In this document: positions 35,981 through 45,856 of the stretch, in pieces
How the letters are laid out: every line of letters begins with the position of its first letter
Position numbering within the stretch: the first letter of the stretch is position 1
From: Acidobacteriota bacterium
GTDB taxonomy: Bacteria > Acidobacteriota > Thermoanaerobaculia > Multivoradales > Multivoraceae
Reading direction: 5' to 3'
DNA: 64,000 nt
Assembly (NCBI GenBank): GCA_029263415.1
Contig: JAJCXN010000048.1
Location: 75,169-139,168, forward strand
Program-made: the position numbers and the translations under genes
Notes under the pieces: generated by a model
Told to the model about the DNA's origin: nothing
The model's input: only the letters and a program-made list of their open reading frames with translations
The model's database searches: none

Positions 35981-36412
35981 CTACGACTCCCCGCTCACGT
36001 GAACCACCACCTTGCGCGAGCGCCCGCGCGTTCTGTGCTCCCAAACATAGATGCCCTGCCACGTCCCCAAGAGAAGCCGGCCCTCCGCGATTGGGATCGA
36101 CAGCGTGTTCGCTGTCAGCGCGGCCTTCACGTGAGCAGGCATGTCATCCGGACCTTCGCAAGTGTGCCGGTAGAGCCGATCACCTTCAGGCACGAGGCGC
36201 GAGAAGAACGCCTGTAAATCAGTTTGCACATCGGGATCAGCGTTCTCTTGGATCACCAGAGATGCAGAGGTATGGCGCAGAAAGACAACGGCCATACCGA
36301 CATGGACGCGCGACTGCCCCACCACCCTTTCGACTTCTCGGGAGATCTCCAGCAGCCCAGGCCCAACGGTCTCGACCTGCAGTTGCTCTTGGTGGTGGGC
36401 GATGTTGGTCAT
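35981..36412 (-). CDS. YjbQ/UPF0047-family protein (secondary thiamine-phosphate synthase-like)
   Basis: Conserved YjbQ stretches TSASLVIQENADPDV, DDMPAHVKAAL, LLLGTWQGIYVWEHR. Start chosen at MTNIAHH to give the family-typical 143 aa; the track ORF extends to 36604. Confidence 0.75.
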   Translation of the reverse strand: MTNIAHHQEQLQVETVGPGLLEISREVERVVGQSRVHVGMAVVFLRHTSASLVIQENADPDVQTDLQAFFSRLVPEGDRLYRHTCEGPDDMPAHVKAALTANTLSIPIAEGRLLLGTWQGIYVWEHRTRGRSRKVVVHVSGES

Positions 36413-36570
36413 TATGGCGATCGTATCGTTCGGCTTGCGGAGACCTAGCCGTGTGGCGCCTCTCCTCTCGGCCGCCGCCCAAGGACTCTGCGTGGGAACC
36501 AGCACACCCTCGCAACGGTCTTGGTCGACTGGAAGAAGCGCCTCGCAGCAGCACCTCATGTCTTGGTGAA

Positions 36571-39500
36571 CTACGGCTCGGGGAGCTTCCGTCCAGGCGT
36601 CCATGGAGCGCCCGCTGCCTCTGCTGCGGCCTCGAATGCCGGTAGCGTCGCGTCGATCATCGTCGACAGGTTGGCGAGCACCAAGGCGAACTCACGTTCC
36701 GCGATCTCGAGGCTCTCTTTGTGGGTGGTCGTCGGTCCTTGCCGGGTGTCCCACTGACTGGCGAGACGACCGGCACGGCCCAGCACCGAAGGCACGGACG
36801 CCTCGTTGAATCGGCCGAGCGTACCGTCGCCCGCGAGGCGAAGCCGCAGCGCCGCGAGTTCGGCCTCGATCTCGGAGAATCGGGTGAAGAGCCGCGACTC
36901 GATTCCTGGCGTGTCGAGGAGCGCCTGTCTCAGGTGCCTTAAGCGGTCGGCGGCGCGACCGATCTCACGAGCCGAGCCTCTCGCCTTGCGCAGCAGTTCG
37001 GCCGTGCGCAGCTGAAACGCAGAGATGGTGGTGGGGTCCCCGGAAGGCAGAGCACCCTCAGCCATCGCCTGCACCTCGAAGGTCTGTGACTCACCGAGCG
37101 GATCGAGACCGTTCGTGGTGAGTACCCCCAACTCCACGCTGTAGCGACCAGGAGCTATCGGCGGCCCCTCTCCAGGAGTGGCCCAGGGCGGAGTGAAACC
37201 GGGGGTCGACAGATCCACGGGATTGGGCGGCGCGCGCCGCAGGTTCCACGCCACTCGGTGCAGTCCCGCCTTAGCTGGACCCTCGAGCGTGCGAACCGCT
37301 TCACCCTGAGAGTCGCGCACGGTCAGGAGAACAAGTGGGGCACGCTCCAGAGCCTCTTCGCGCAGGCGCTGCCACCCCGGAAACGGCACATCAGCACCGT
37401 CTTCGCGCAGCTCCTTCTCGGACTCACGACGCTCTTCTGCGGAGGTCTTGGGTGTCTCAAAGAGGTGGTAGGTCAACAACGCGCCGTGCGGTGGGTTGGC
37501 CGCACTGTAGTCAGTGCTGCCCAGAGACGGGGCGCCCTTCGCCTGGTTCTGCTGGTAGGGCACGAACTGCCAGGCGCTGCGCACTGAGAACAGCGAAGCC
37601 TCTTCATCGAGGGCTCCTTTGGCCATCTCGCGCAGCGGCGTGTAGTCATCGAGCACATACATGCCGCGCCCGAACGTGGCACCAACAAGATCGTTCTCGC
37701 GCCGCTGCAAAGCGATATCGCGAAACGAGATCGTCGGTGCACCGCTCAATCGGTGCCAGGTTGCACCGCCGTCAAGTGAAGTGTGCACACCGTATTCGGC
37801 GCCAAGAAAGAGCAGGTTCTTCTCAACGTGATCCTGCTCGATAGCCCACGCGATCTCTCCTTGGGGCAGGTCGCCCGCGATCGAAGACCACGTGCGCCCG
37901 CGGTCGTGGCTGACAAAAACGTACGGCGTGTAGTCACCGATCTTGTGGGCATCAAGCACTGCAAACACAGTGTCCGGCTCGAGCTGCGAGGCTTCCAGGT
38001 CGTTAACGAATGAGAGTTTGGGAACCCCCTCGATCTCCACCCCGATCTCAACAACGCGCCAGGCAGCACCGCCGTTCTCACTCACTTGGATTCGGCCATC
38101 GTCGGTGCCCGCGTAGAGCAGCCCTTCGACCAGCGGCGACTCCGATATCGCGGTCAGCGTGCCATAAAGCGACATCGCGCCGTTGTCATAGAGGCTGTCG
38201 ACGCTCCATACCCGATCGGCCATCTCAAGCTCGTAGCGATTGCGGTTGCGGGTCAGATCGCCGCTCACCGCTGTCCAGGAGTCACCCCGATCCTCGCTGC
38301 GCCAAAGCCTCTGCGATCCGAAGTAGATCCGGCTTGAGGCATGCGGGGAGATCTGAAGCGGAGCGTCCCAGTTGAAGCGCTCCGGCGGATCGCCGAGCGC
38401 CGGCATAGGCTTGATGTCGACGATTTCGTTGCTACGCCGGTCGTAGCGCACCAGCTCGCCACCCTGGATCTCCATGTAGGCGATGTCAGGGTTGTCCGGG
38501 TCGAACGCGCAGGAGTAGCCGTCGGCTCCCAAGGGCACCGACCAGTCGCGGTTGCGAATGCCTTCGGTGTGGCCAGTGCGCGCTGGGCCGATCAGGGTGC
38601 CGAGATCCTGGGCTCCGCCGAGCACGTTGTAGAACGGCTGCGCGTTGTCGAGGGCGAGCTTGTAGAACTGGCTGATCGGGAGATTGGGAATCTGCCGCCA
38701 CTTGTCGCCGTCGTCGTAGCTCTCGTAGAGCGACGCATCAGTGCCAGCGATCAGATGGTCGGGATCGGACGGGTCGATCCACAGGGCATGGTTGTCGCTG
38801 TGTTTCTCGCGCCCAGTGCCGAGCACGTCGAAGTTGGCACCGCCGTCGCGCGTCACGTTTATGAAGACGTCCATCTGGTAGACGGTGTCAACGTCGTGGG
38901 GCGAGGCTTCGATCTCTTGATAGTAGTGCGGGCCTGTGCCGTTCGAAATGTAGGAGTTACGCTTGGTCCAGCTCTCGCCACGATCGAGCGAGCGGTAGAA
39001 GCCACGTTCCTTTTGGCCAGCTTCGATGGTGGCGTAGACAACATCGGGATCAGCCGGGGATACCGCGAGTCCGATCTTGCCCATATCCCCTCGAGGAAGG
39101 CCGGTCTTTAGATGTCGCCAGCTCTCGCCGCCGTCGGTGGACTTGTGAATGCCCGAGCCCGGCCCGCCGGCGAGCAGCGACCAGACGCTGCGGCGACGTT
39201 GATAGGAGGCGGCGAAAAGAGTGTCGGGGTCGCGTGGGTCGAACTCGACATCGGTCACTCCGGTGTCTGCGTCGATCTCGAGCACCAGCTGCCAGCTCGT
39301 GCCGCCGTTATTGGTCTTGTAAAGCCCGCGTTCTCCGCCCGCCGACCATAGCGGCCCTTCGGCCGCTACGTAGACCACGTCACTGTCGCGCGGATCGACC
39401 AGAATACGGCCGATGTGCTCCGACCCCTCGAGCCCGCGTAACTCCCAGGTAGCGCCACCGTCACGGCTGAGGTATATCCCGGTGCCCCAGGCCACGTGGC

Positions 39501-39891
39501 GGCCACTGACGTTCTCCCCAGTTCCGACCCACACGACATCCGGGTTGGTTGGATCCAGCGCAAGAGTGCCGATCGAGTAGGAGGGCTGATCGTCGAAAAT
39601 CGGAGCCCACGTGATGCCAGCATTGACGGTCTTCCAAACGCCGCCAGAACCCGCTGCTACATACCAAACACTACGATTGTGAGGATGGACCACAATGTCG
39701 GCAATGCGCCCACCCATCAGCGCCGGGCCGATCTCCCGCAGTTCGAGTCCCAGAAGGGCCCGGTCGATCGGAGATGCCTCCTTGCTCGCGGCTGCAGTAG
39801 CGCTTGCTTGCGCGGTCGTGCTTGAGGGCAGCAACGCAAGAATTGCGAGCGAGAGTGCACAGGCCGCACTGGTCCTGGGTTGGCTAGTCAT
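36571..39891 (-). CDS. large secreted BNR/Asp-box β-propeller protein (sortilin/VPS10- or GH74-like)
   Basis: Signal LSLAILALLPSSTTAQA. Many S-x-D-x-G-x-T-W repeats (SRDGGATWE, TNNGGTSWQ, STDGGESW, SLDRGESWT, TRDGGANF, SEDRGDSWT, SENGGAAW, SHDRGRTW, SLDGGATWH). Confidence 0.8.
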   Translation of the reverse strand: MTSQPRTSAACALSLAILALLPSSTTAQASATAAASKEASPIDRALLGLELREIGPALMGGRIADIVVHPHNRSVWYVAAGSGGVWKTVNAGITWAPIFDDQPSYSIGTLALDPTNPDVVWVGTGENVSGRHVAWGTGIYLSRDGGATWELRGLEGSEHIGRILVDPRDSDVVYVAAEGPLWSAGGERGLYKTNNGGTSWQLVLEIDADTGVTDVEFDPRDPDTLFAASYQRRRSVWSLLAGGPGSGIHKSTDGGESWRHLKTGLPRGDMGKIGLAVSPADPDVVYATIEAGQKERGFYRSLDRGESWTKRNSYISNGTGPHYYQEIEASPHDVDTVYQMDVFINVTRDGGANFDVLGTGREKHSDNHALWIDPSDPDHLIAGTDASLYESYDDGDKWRQIPNLPISQFYKLALDNAQPFYNVLGGAQDLGTLIGPARTGHTEGIRNRDWSVPLGADGYSCAFDPDNPDIAYMEIQGGELVRYDRRSNEIVDIKPMPALGDPPERFNWDAPLQISPHASSRIYFGSQRLWRSEDRGDSWTAVSGDLTRNRNRYELEMADRVWSVDSLYDNGAMSLYGTLTAISESPLVEGLLYAGTDDGRIQVSENGGAAWRVVEIGVEIEGVPKLSFVNDLEASQLEPDTVFAVLDAHKIGDYTPYVFVSHDRGRTWSSIAGDLPQGEIAWAIEQDHVEKNLLFLGAEYGVHTSLDGGATWHRLSGAPTISFRDIALQRRENDLVGATFGRGMYVLDDYTPLREMAKGALDEEASLFSVRSAWQFVPYQQNQAKGAPSLGSTDYSAANPPHGALLTYHLFETPKTSAEERRESEKELREDGADVPFPGWQRLREEALERAPLVLLTVRDSQGEAVRTLEGPAKAGLHRVAWNLRRAPPNPVDLSTPGFTPPWATPGEGPPIAPGRYSVELGVLTTNGLDPLGESQTFEVQAMAEGALPSGDPTTISAFQLRTAELLRKARGSAREIGRAADRLRHLRQALLDTPGIESRLFTRFSEIEAELAALRLRLAGDGTLGRFNEASVPSVLGRAGRLASQWDTRQGPTTTHKESLEIAEREFALVLANLSTMIDATLPAFEAAAEAAGAPWTPGRKLPEP

Positions 39892-40119
39892 CGAAAGCCT
39901 CCATCTGTGGTCTTTGTGGCGCTACCGATGCTAGCAAGCCAGTCTGACCGCTCCCGTTCCCGGCGAGCATTTGCGTCGGCCGATGGCAATACCTCGAGGA
40001 TCCAGAGTCGCTGTTCGCCGACAGACAGCGCCGCGACCTCTCGTGCCCTCCCAGCTAGGGTGCCACCCTCCTGCAAGACATCGCTCACCACCTTCAGCGG
40101 ACCCTCTCTGCATCTTTGC

Positions 40120-40584
40120 CTACTCGCAGCAGGTCCGAATCGGCCTCGCGCACATCTCGCCGACGTACAAAACCGAGAGCCGGGCGGAAGCCTTCGTCGA
40201 CACTTCGGAGTTCGGCGTCGAAGTTGAAGTGTCGTCCCGAGCGCTCGATTCGTCGTTGGTCACCAAGGCGCCGATCGAGTACCTCCCAAGCTTGCCAGTC
40301 AGGCGGGTACCCACACTCGGATCGAGAATGCGGCGGGTGAAGACGAGGTTGATCGGCGTGTGAAAGAAGTCCGCGTTCTCGAGGAAGAATGGACGGCGCT
40401 CAGGGAAGAAGACCTTGAAACGTTGATTGGCTGTAACCTGAGGTTCGCCGGACTCGATCTGGCTAAAGTCTGGATTGATCGTCGCGTCGAGTACGAAGCG
40501 GTCGTTGAACACCGCCCTTAAATCAGCGCCCCCGTCCCTGGCACCCATATCCTCACCAGTTGCCAGCCGACGACAACACGTCAT
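40120..40584 (-). pseudogene. isolated fragment resembling the central part of DUF5916/CBM9-associated outer-membrane family proteins; likely gene remnant
   Basis: Only 154 aa. DATINPDFSQIESGEPQVTANQRFKVFFPERRPFFLENADFF looks like an internal conserved block of a much longer family. No matching N- or C-terminal parts in adjacent frames. Confidence 0.35.
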
Positions 40585-40866
40585 CGCGAAGTCGAAGGCT
40601 ACCTTCCGTGCCTGGATCTTGCCCGATGTGAAACGAGAACCTGGTTCCTCAAGGATCTCTCCTCTAGGTCACGCGACGAGAGACCACGCCTTCGCCAGTC
40701 GTGGAAGCCACATCGGGGAAACACGGAGCAAACGACACACACTAGAAACAGCTCCCTTGGCCTGCTCCGACTCGATGAGCGCCGATCTCATGAGCTTTCC
40801 TTCGCAAAGAAGGCCGCCGTTCCCACTAGGTACACGACATCCCTTTCAAGCCTCGATTCTCACGAC

Positions 40867-41595
40867 TCAGTTGACCGAGAACGAGAGGAGTTCAACCGGG
40901 GTGTTGGTTCCGCTCTCGGGATCGATGATCAAGGAATTGCCGACATCGGCGATGCAGTCAAAGGTGGCGGAATTCGGTACTGAAGACGTCGAGGTGCAAC
41001 CCATGAGGAGGGACACCACACCCGACGTCCAGCCGAGGTCGGCGAGGCTGATCGAGCACTCCACCGCGGTGTCCGGGCCGGCGCACACCGGAAACAGATC
41101 CAGGCCGGCGGTGCTGCTGTTCGCGGCACAGACAACGGAGCTCGCGACTGGCATGTCCATGGCGCAGGCGCTTGCGGACGAGTCGCCGCAAGTGAAGAGC
41201 TGCCCTGATATGAGGTCGACCGGCGAACCCCCGAGAGAGAAACACAGGGCACGATCGACGAACCCGTTCTGGTTCACGTCGACGAGCCAGCAGCCGTCAA
41301 GCGTGTTGGCTCCGGGAACGGTAGCGTCGTCCATGTCGAACCGCAGGTAGGCGGTCGTAGCTGGTTGGCTGGTGTCGAAGTCGCTGGCGATGCAGGCGCC
41401 GGTCGCGTCCTGCTGGTTCGGGAAGTCGTCACAGGCATCGTCGGCGAAGCACGTCTCGTCCAGCCAGTCGGTGAGGTCGGCAGTCGGCGATCCGCCGGCA
41501 TCTATGGTGACGTTGTTGGATTGGCCCCGGCCCGGCGCCACCGCGACACAGAGGATGAGCGACGTTGTGATCAGCGAGGCCATGGTCCGTGACAT
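40867..41595 (-). CDS. secreted Cys-rich (13 Cys) hypothetical protein
   Basis: GGGAGA 7 nt upstream of ATG (MSRTMASL…). Signal LITTSLILCVAVAPGRG. The upstream 118 codons of the track ORF lack a signal. Confidence 0.55.
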   Translation of the reverse strand: MSRTMASLITTSLILCVAVAPGRGQSNNVTIDAGGSPTADLTDWLDETCFADDACDDFPNQQDATGACIASDFDTSQPATTAYLRFDMDDATVPGANTLDGCWLVDVNQNGFVDRALCFSLGGSPVDLISGQLFTCGDSSASACAMDMPVASSVVCAANSSTAGLDLFPVCAGPDTAVECSISLADLGWTSGVVSLLMGCTSTSSVPNSATFDCIADVGNSLIIDPESGTNTPVELLSFSVN

Positions 41596-41881
41596 TTGAC
41601 TTCTCCCTTTCGTGAAGTTTCCCGTTCCGACGATCCAGCCTCCCCGAGGCTGGCTAGGAGCGCTGGGCGCTCCTGCAGATGCTGAAATAGCCGGAACCGG
41701 AGCACCTTCAAAGCTGAATTGGGGTTTGCCCTTCGCCGGCTCCTTGCAACTACGCAATCGCCGTACGGCCCGCCGCTCGACGACAGTGTCGAATTGAGAA
41801 ATTTCCTGTTTAATAATTTTCGCAGAAGTGCACGATATTACAGTTGTCCAAGTTTTACAACTTTTTTGGCTCTCGTGACCT

Positions 41882-42562
41882 ATGCGCGTCGAATTTGCCA
41901 AGTCAAGTAAAAGGGCGCCCGCCGACGTGATCGGTGTCGTCGCAACCATGCGCGACTCCTTGTTCGACCAGCAACGCGGACACGTGTACCTCCCGGCAAG
42001 CCGCTACGACATGTTCAATGCTCAAGTTCATGTAGCCACTCACCAGCTGCCAGACCAAGCGCTATTGACAGCGATTCGGGACGCCGCGCACGCGGTCGAT
42101 TCTGCGCTGCCTCTGCTCACGCTCACGACGTTCACAAGCTTCGTCGATCAGAGTGTCGAGGTCTGGACGCTGCGCACAGGCGGCAGGCTCTTTGCCACCT
42201 TTGCCGTTGTTGCGCTCTTGCTGGTGATGGCAGGGGTCTACGGCGTCCAGGCATTCCGGATTGCGCAACGCACGCGCGAAATCGGTCTACGTATGGCCCT
42301 CGGCGCCAATCTTCGAGACACTGTCCGTTTGGTCTTAGTCGACGGACCTCGTGTAGCCGCGGTGGGTACCACGGTGGGAGTAGCTCTCGCAGGGATCGTT
42401 GCCACCCTGCTACGCGCCGTACTGGTGGACGTCAGCCCTCTCGACCCTGTGGTGATCGGGGGTGCGTGGACGACTCACATGCTGGTTGCGTTCGGGGCTT
42501 GCCTGGTACCTGCACAGCGAGCGGGGCGACTGGACCCCTTGATGGCGTTGCGCGACGAGTAA
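41882..42562 (+). pseudogene. C-terminal fragment of an FtsX-like/ADOP duplicated permease (truncated paralogue of the adjacent full-length gene)
   Basis: Contains only the last 4 TM helices and the FtsX C-terminal signature (QRTREIGLRMALGA…). No N-terminal half and no upstream partner in frame. Confidence 0.5.
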
Positions 42563-42661
42563 AGCTCACTCTCGTGAGTTGAGCCGAGTTGCAACGACTC
42601 CTGGCGTCGCGTACTCATCGGAAGTGCAAGCGAGTCTGCTAAGTGCGACCTTGCTCCGAAC

Positions 42662-45424
42662 TCACTCGGCCCGCAAGTTCTCTGCCGGGTCGGTGAGTGC
42701 GGCTCGACGTGCGGGTAAGAGAGTCGCCGTCATGGACGCGAGCGCAAGCGCCCCTACGCCGATGGCCAAGGCCTCAGGACTCATGGACTCGACTCCAAAC
42801 AGGTAGGCGCTGAGTAGACGAGTGGTGACCCAGGAGCCAAGGAGTCCTAGAACCAGTCCGGCGCCGGTCAGAAGGGCGCCGCGTGACGCCACCAATGTCA
42901 TGACGCCACGAGTGTGTGCGCCGAGAGCGATACGGATGCCGATCTCCTTGCGACGTCGACTGACGAGGTGGGACAGAGTGCCGTACAGGCCGAGCACGGC
43001 GAGGATGGTTGCGACCAAGGAGAAGGACACGAGTAGGGTCGTTCGAAACAGCGGTTCTGCGCGAGTCCGCTGAATGCGTGAATTGAGTGGTGCTAGATCG
43101 GCGGCCGGAGCGATGGGGCTGATGGTGGCCGCTGCCTCACGCACTGCATCGGTTGTGGCCGTTGAGAGCGAGAGGCCTTGGGTCGCCATGCCCATGCCCG
43201 CCCCGTCTTCGTCGCGCCGGAAGGTGATCCAAGCGCGCGGCCAATCTTCCTGAGTGTACGGACGGTAGATCGCCGGCTGGTAGCCGTCTTCTACGCGGTT
43301 GTGCACCACATTACCGAGCACACCGACAATCTCGACAGTGTCGAGTCGGTCATCGTCTCGGCTTAGCCGCAAGCGTTCGCCAACAACGTCGATGTTGCCG
43401 AAATGCTGGGTTGCAAACGTCTCGTTGACCAGCGCGACCTGGGCCGAGCCGGAGCTGTCTGCAGCGCTGAGTCCACGACCTCTGAGTAGTGGAATGCGCG
43501 CTACTTCTGGAAAGTTGGGCGTGATTACGTAGCCGGCAGTGCCTGTTGTCATTTCTTCGAATGACTGCCCCTCGAGCAGAATGGCCGGTGCCCAGTTGGG
43601 ATCCTGAAACGGGAGGTTGGAGCTGGCGGCGACCTGTGTGACTCCAGCCGCTGGGACTGACCCGACCGCCTCGAGCATGGCGTCCCAGCGTCGCCACAGA
43701 TTGCCGACGTCTTGTGGTCCACTCTTGAGAGGCGCTGAAAAGGTCCAGAGCCCTTTCGGTTCGAAGCCAGGGTCGAAGCTGGCGACGTTGAGGAACGACA
43801 CCATCAGGAGGCTGGCACCAACGAGCAACATCACTGCGATCGCGAGCTGGCAGACAACAAGTCCGCTGCGCAGCTGCGACGGGGCCGCCACAGCTTGTGC
43901 CCGGCTCCGCAGCCCTTCGAGGGAGAGGCCCGTTCCGAGTCCCCATGAAGCGAGCACTCCTACCAATAGACCAAGAAGGCTCGACATCAGCAGCGCGAGA
44001 CTCACCACCCGAACATCGAGGGCAACCTCGGCAAGACGCGGCATGCTTTGCGGGCTCAGCCGAACGAAGGCACCGACGCCTAGCCGAGCGAGGCCAACGC
44101 CGATCAGGCCGCCGCATAGGGCTAGGGTCACAGACTCTGTGATCAACAGTAGGCTGAGCCGAGCCCGACCCGCGCCAAGGGCTTGCCGAACCTCGAACTC
44201 CCGGCGACGAGCGAGAGCTCGCACCAACATCAGGTTGGTTGAGTTGAGTAGAGCGACTAGCATCAGCAATCCGGCGGCACCGAAGAACAGGCCGAGCAGA
44301 CGCGCTGCTCCGCCGATGGTTTGGGCTTTCAGGCCGTTGACGCCGACGCCGAAGGCTCGGCCATCGTGGATAACGTTTCCGTCGGGAAACTCTTCTGCGA
44401 GTTCTACGGCGAGTACGTCCATCTCTTCGCGCGCGGTCTCGAGAGTGGCGTGGGGCGCTAGGCGCCCGAGTACGAAGAGCGAACGCATGCCTCGGTTGAG
44501 GTAACGAGGGCTGCCCTCTTTGAGCGGCCACCAGATGTCTGGAGTTTCGTTGCGGATGGCCTCGGGGAGCTTGAAGTCAGGCGCCAACACACCGACGACC
44601 ACTTCCGCCGCCCCGGCCTGACCGGGCTCACCGAGGATCGATGAGTCAGCGCCGTAGCGGTCCCGCCAAATTGAGTAGCTGAGCAGTCGCACCGGAGGGG
44701 CGTTCGCCTCGAAGTCTTCCGCTAGGAATGAGCGGCCAAGATGCATCTTGACGCTCAAGAGTTCTAAGAACCCAGCCGTCACGCTGGCGGCTGAACCGAT
44801 CTCCAAACCGCGGCCAACGTCGGGCAGGAGGGCGCCGCGAGATTCGAGAGCGGCAAGGTGGTCGAAGGACGTGGCTCTTTCTCGCCAGTCGGCGAAGTTC
44901 CGTACAGAGACCCCTGCCAAGCGTCGTAGCCCGGCGGCATCCTTGCGCCAAGGTTGATCCGGAAAAGTGGTACCCAGAGCCATCAGCCGGTCGGCCGCGG
45001 CATAGGGAAGGGGGCGCAGCAGGACGGTGTCGACGACACTAAAAATGGTGGTGGTTGCTCCGATACCTAGACCGAGGGTGAGCAGAACGGCCGACTTGAA
45101 GCCGCGGCGTCGGAAGAGAATGCGTAGGCCTGAGTGGACGTCTTCGAGTGCGTTGTACATAGCGGATTCCCGTGGTTTGATGGGAGCAGCCGCGCGGCCT
45201 CGCGCTGCTCGTGTGGCCGGCCGCCACCAGTAGATCGTGGTGGAGAGGGTGTCGCGGAGGTGGGCTAATGAGGCTCGCAAGGTAGCGTTGGTGGACCTGT
45301 CGATGCTTTCGTCGAGATCACCTCTTAGGCTCTCAGCGCCTTTGCTCTCGCCCAGAGTCCGAGCTAGCCATTGGCAAAGGCGTAAAATCAGTCGCGCTAG
45401 ATACTGTGTGAACCCAGTGTTCAT
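42662..45424 (-). CDS. ADOP-family duplicated permease (FtsX-like, MacB-type, two permease modules)
   Basis: 920 aa with two FtsX-type 4-TM modules and large periplasmic domains. N-terminal ADOP-type region. The start ATG overlaps the PadR stop (ATGA at 45421-45424). Confidence 0.85.
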   Translation of the reverse strand: MNTGFTQYLARLILRLCQWLARTLGESKGAESLRGDLDESIDRSTNATLRASLAHLRDTLSTTIYWWRPATRAARGRAAAPIKPRESAMYNALEDVHSGLRILFRRRGFKSAVLLTLGLGIGATTTIFSVVDTVLLRPLPYAAADRLMALGTTFPDQPWRKDAAGLRRLAGVSVRNFADWRERATSFDHLAALESRGALLPDVGRGLEIGSAASVTAGFLELLSVKMHLGRSFLAEDFEANAPPVRLLSYSIWRDRYGADSSILGEPGQAGAAEVVVGVLAPDFKLPEAIRNETPDIWWPLKEGSPRYLNRGMRSLFVLGRLAPHATLETAREEMDVLAVELAEEFPDGNVIHDGRAFGVGVNGLKAQTIGGAARLLGLFFGAAGLLMLVALLNSTNLMLVRALARRREFEVRQALGAGRARLSLLLITESVTLALCGGLIGVGLARLGVGAFVRLSPQSMPRLAEVALDVRVVSLALLMSSLLGLLVGVLASWGLGTGLSLEGLRSRAQAVAAPSQLRSGLVVCQLAIAVMLLVGASLLMVSFLNVASFDPGFEPKGLWTFSAPLKSGPQDVGNLWRRWDAMLEAVGSVPAAGVTQVAASSNLPFQDPNWAPAILLEGQSFEEMTTGTAGYVITPNFPEVARIPLLRGRGLSAADSSGSAQVALVNETFATQHFGNIDVVGERLRLSRDDDRLDTVEIVGVLGNVVHNRVEDGYQPAIYRPYTQEDWPRAWITFRRDEDGAGMGMATQGLSLSTATTDAVREAAATISPIAPAADLAPLNSRIQRTRAEPLFRTTLLVSFSLVATILAVLGLYGTLSHLVSRRRKEIGIRIALGAHTRGVMTLVASRGALLTGAGLVLGLLGSWVTTRLLSAYLFGVESMSPEALAIGVGALALASMTATLLPARRAALTDPAENLRAE

Positions 45425-45831
45425 CTTGCTTCTCCTCCGGACTCACTCGTCTCGAGCCGAGAATCCAGTGTACGGAGAGTGTTGAGCAGACCGTTTGACA
45501 TCCGCTGGAAGCGGTCCGCTGCTTGCGCCAGAGCCTGCACTCCACTCGGTTCCAGGCGGATCAGTTTTTTGCGACGGCCACCCCTCTGGGGAGTTGCTTC
45601 GCCAAACCTTGAAGCCACGAGGCCGTGGACCTCGAGACGGTCGAGGACTGTGTACAGCGCGCCCGGAGCAACTCGGCGCCCGGTGCGACTCTCGATCTCG
45701 TCTCGAATTCCCTTGCTGTAGCAGGCGTCGGGACGTTCATTCTGCAGATGAAGAAGAGCAAACAGAACTACCTGCTCGAGTTCACCTAGGGTCTTGATAG
45801 TCGAAGCAGAGGAAGGGTCGGAGTTCGCCAT
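45421..45831 (-). CDS. PadR-family transcriptional regulator
   Basis: Winged-helix PadR signature LGELEQVVLFALLHL…YSKGIRDEIESRTGRRVAPGALYTVLDRLEVHGLV. Translationally coupled to the ADOP permease. Confidence 0.8.
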   Translation of the reverse strand: MANSDPSSASTIKTLGELEQVVLFALLHLQNERPDACYSKGIRDEIESRTGRRVAPGALYTVLDRLEVHGLVASRFGEATPQRGGRRKKLIRLEPSGVQALAQAADRFQRMSNGLLNTLRTLDSRLETSESGGEAR

Positions 45832-45856
45832 TTAACCTACAACGTAGGAATCGACT

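Noticed and set aside
38341-39111. 256-aa plus-strand ORF inside the BNR β-propeller gene
   Set aside because: Antisense to a gene with many Asp-box repeats; composition-driven ORF.
40475-41350. 291-aa plus-strand ORF overlapping the Cys-rich secreted protein gene
   Set aside because: Antisense. The minus-strand gene has an RBS plus signal peptide.
43350-44531. 393-aa minus-strand ORF (alternate frame) and 295-aa plus-strand ORF 43617..44504 inside the ADOP permease gene
   Set aside because: Extremely Arg/Pro/Ser-rich translations typical of off-frame reading of GC-rich DNA; the in-frame ADOP permease explains the region.
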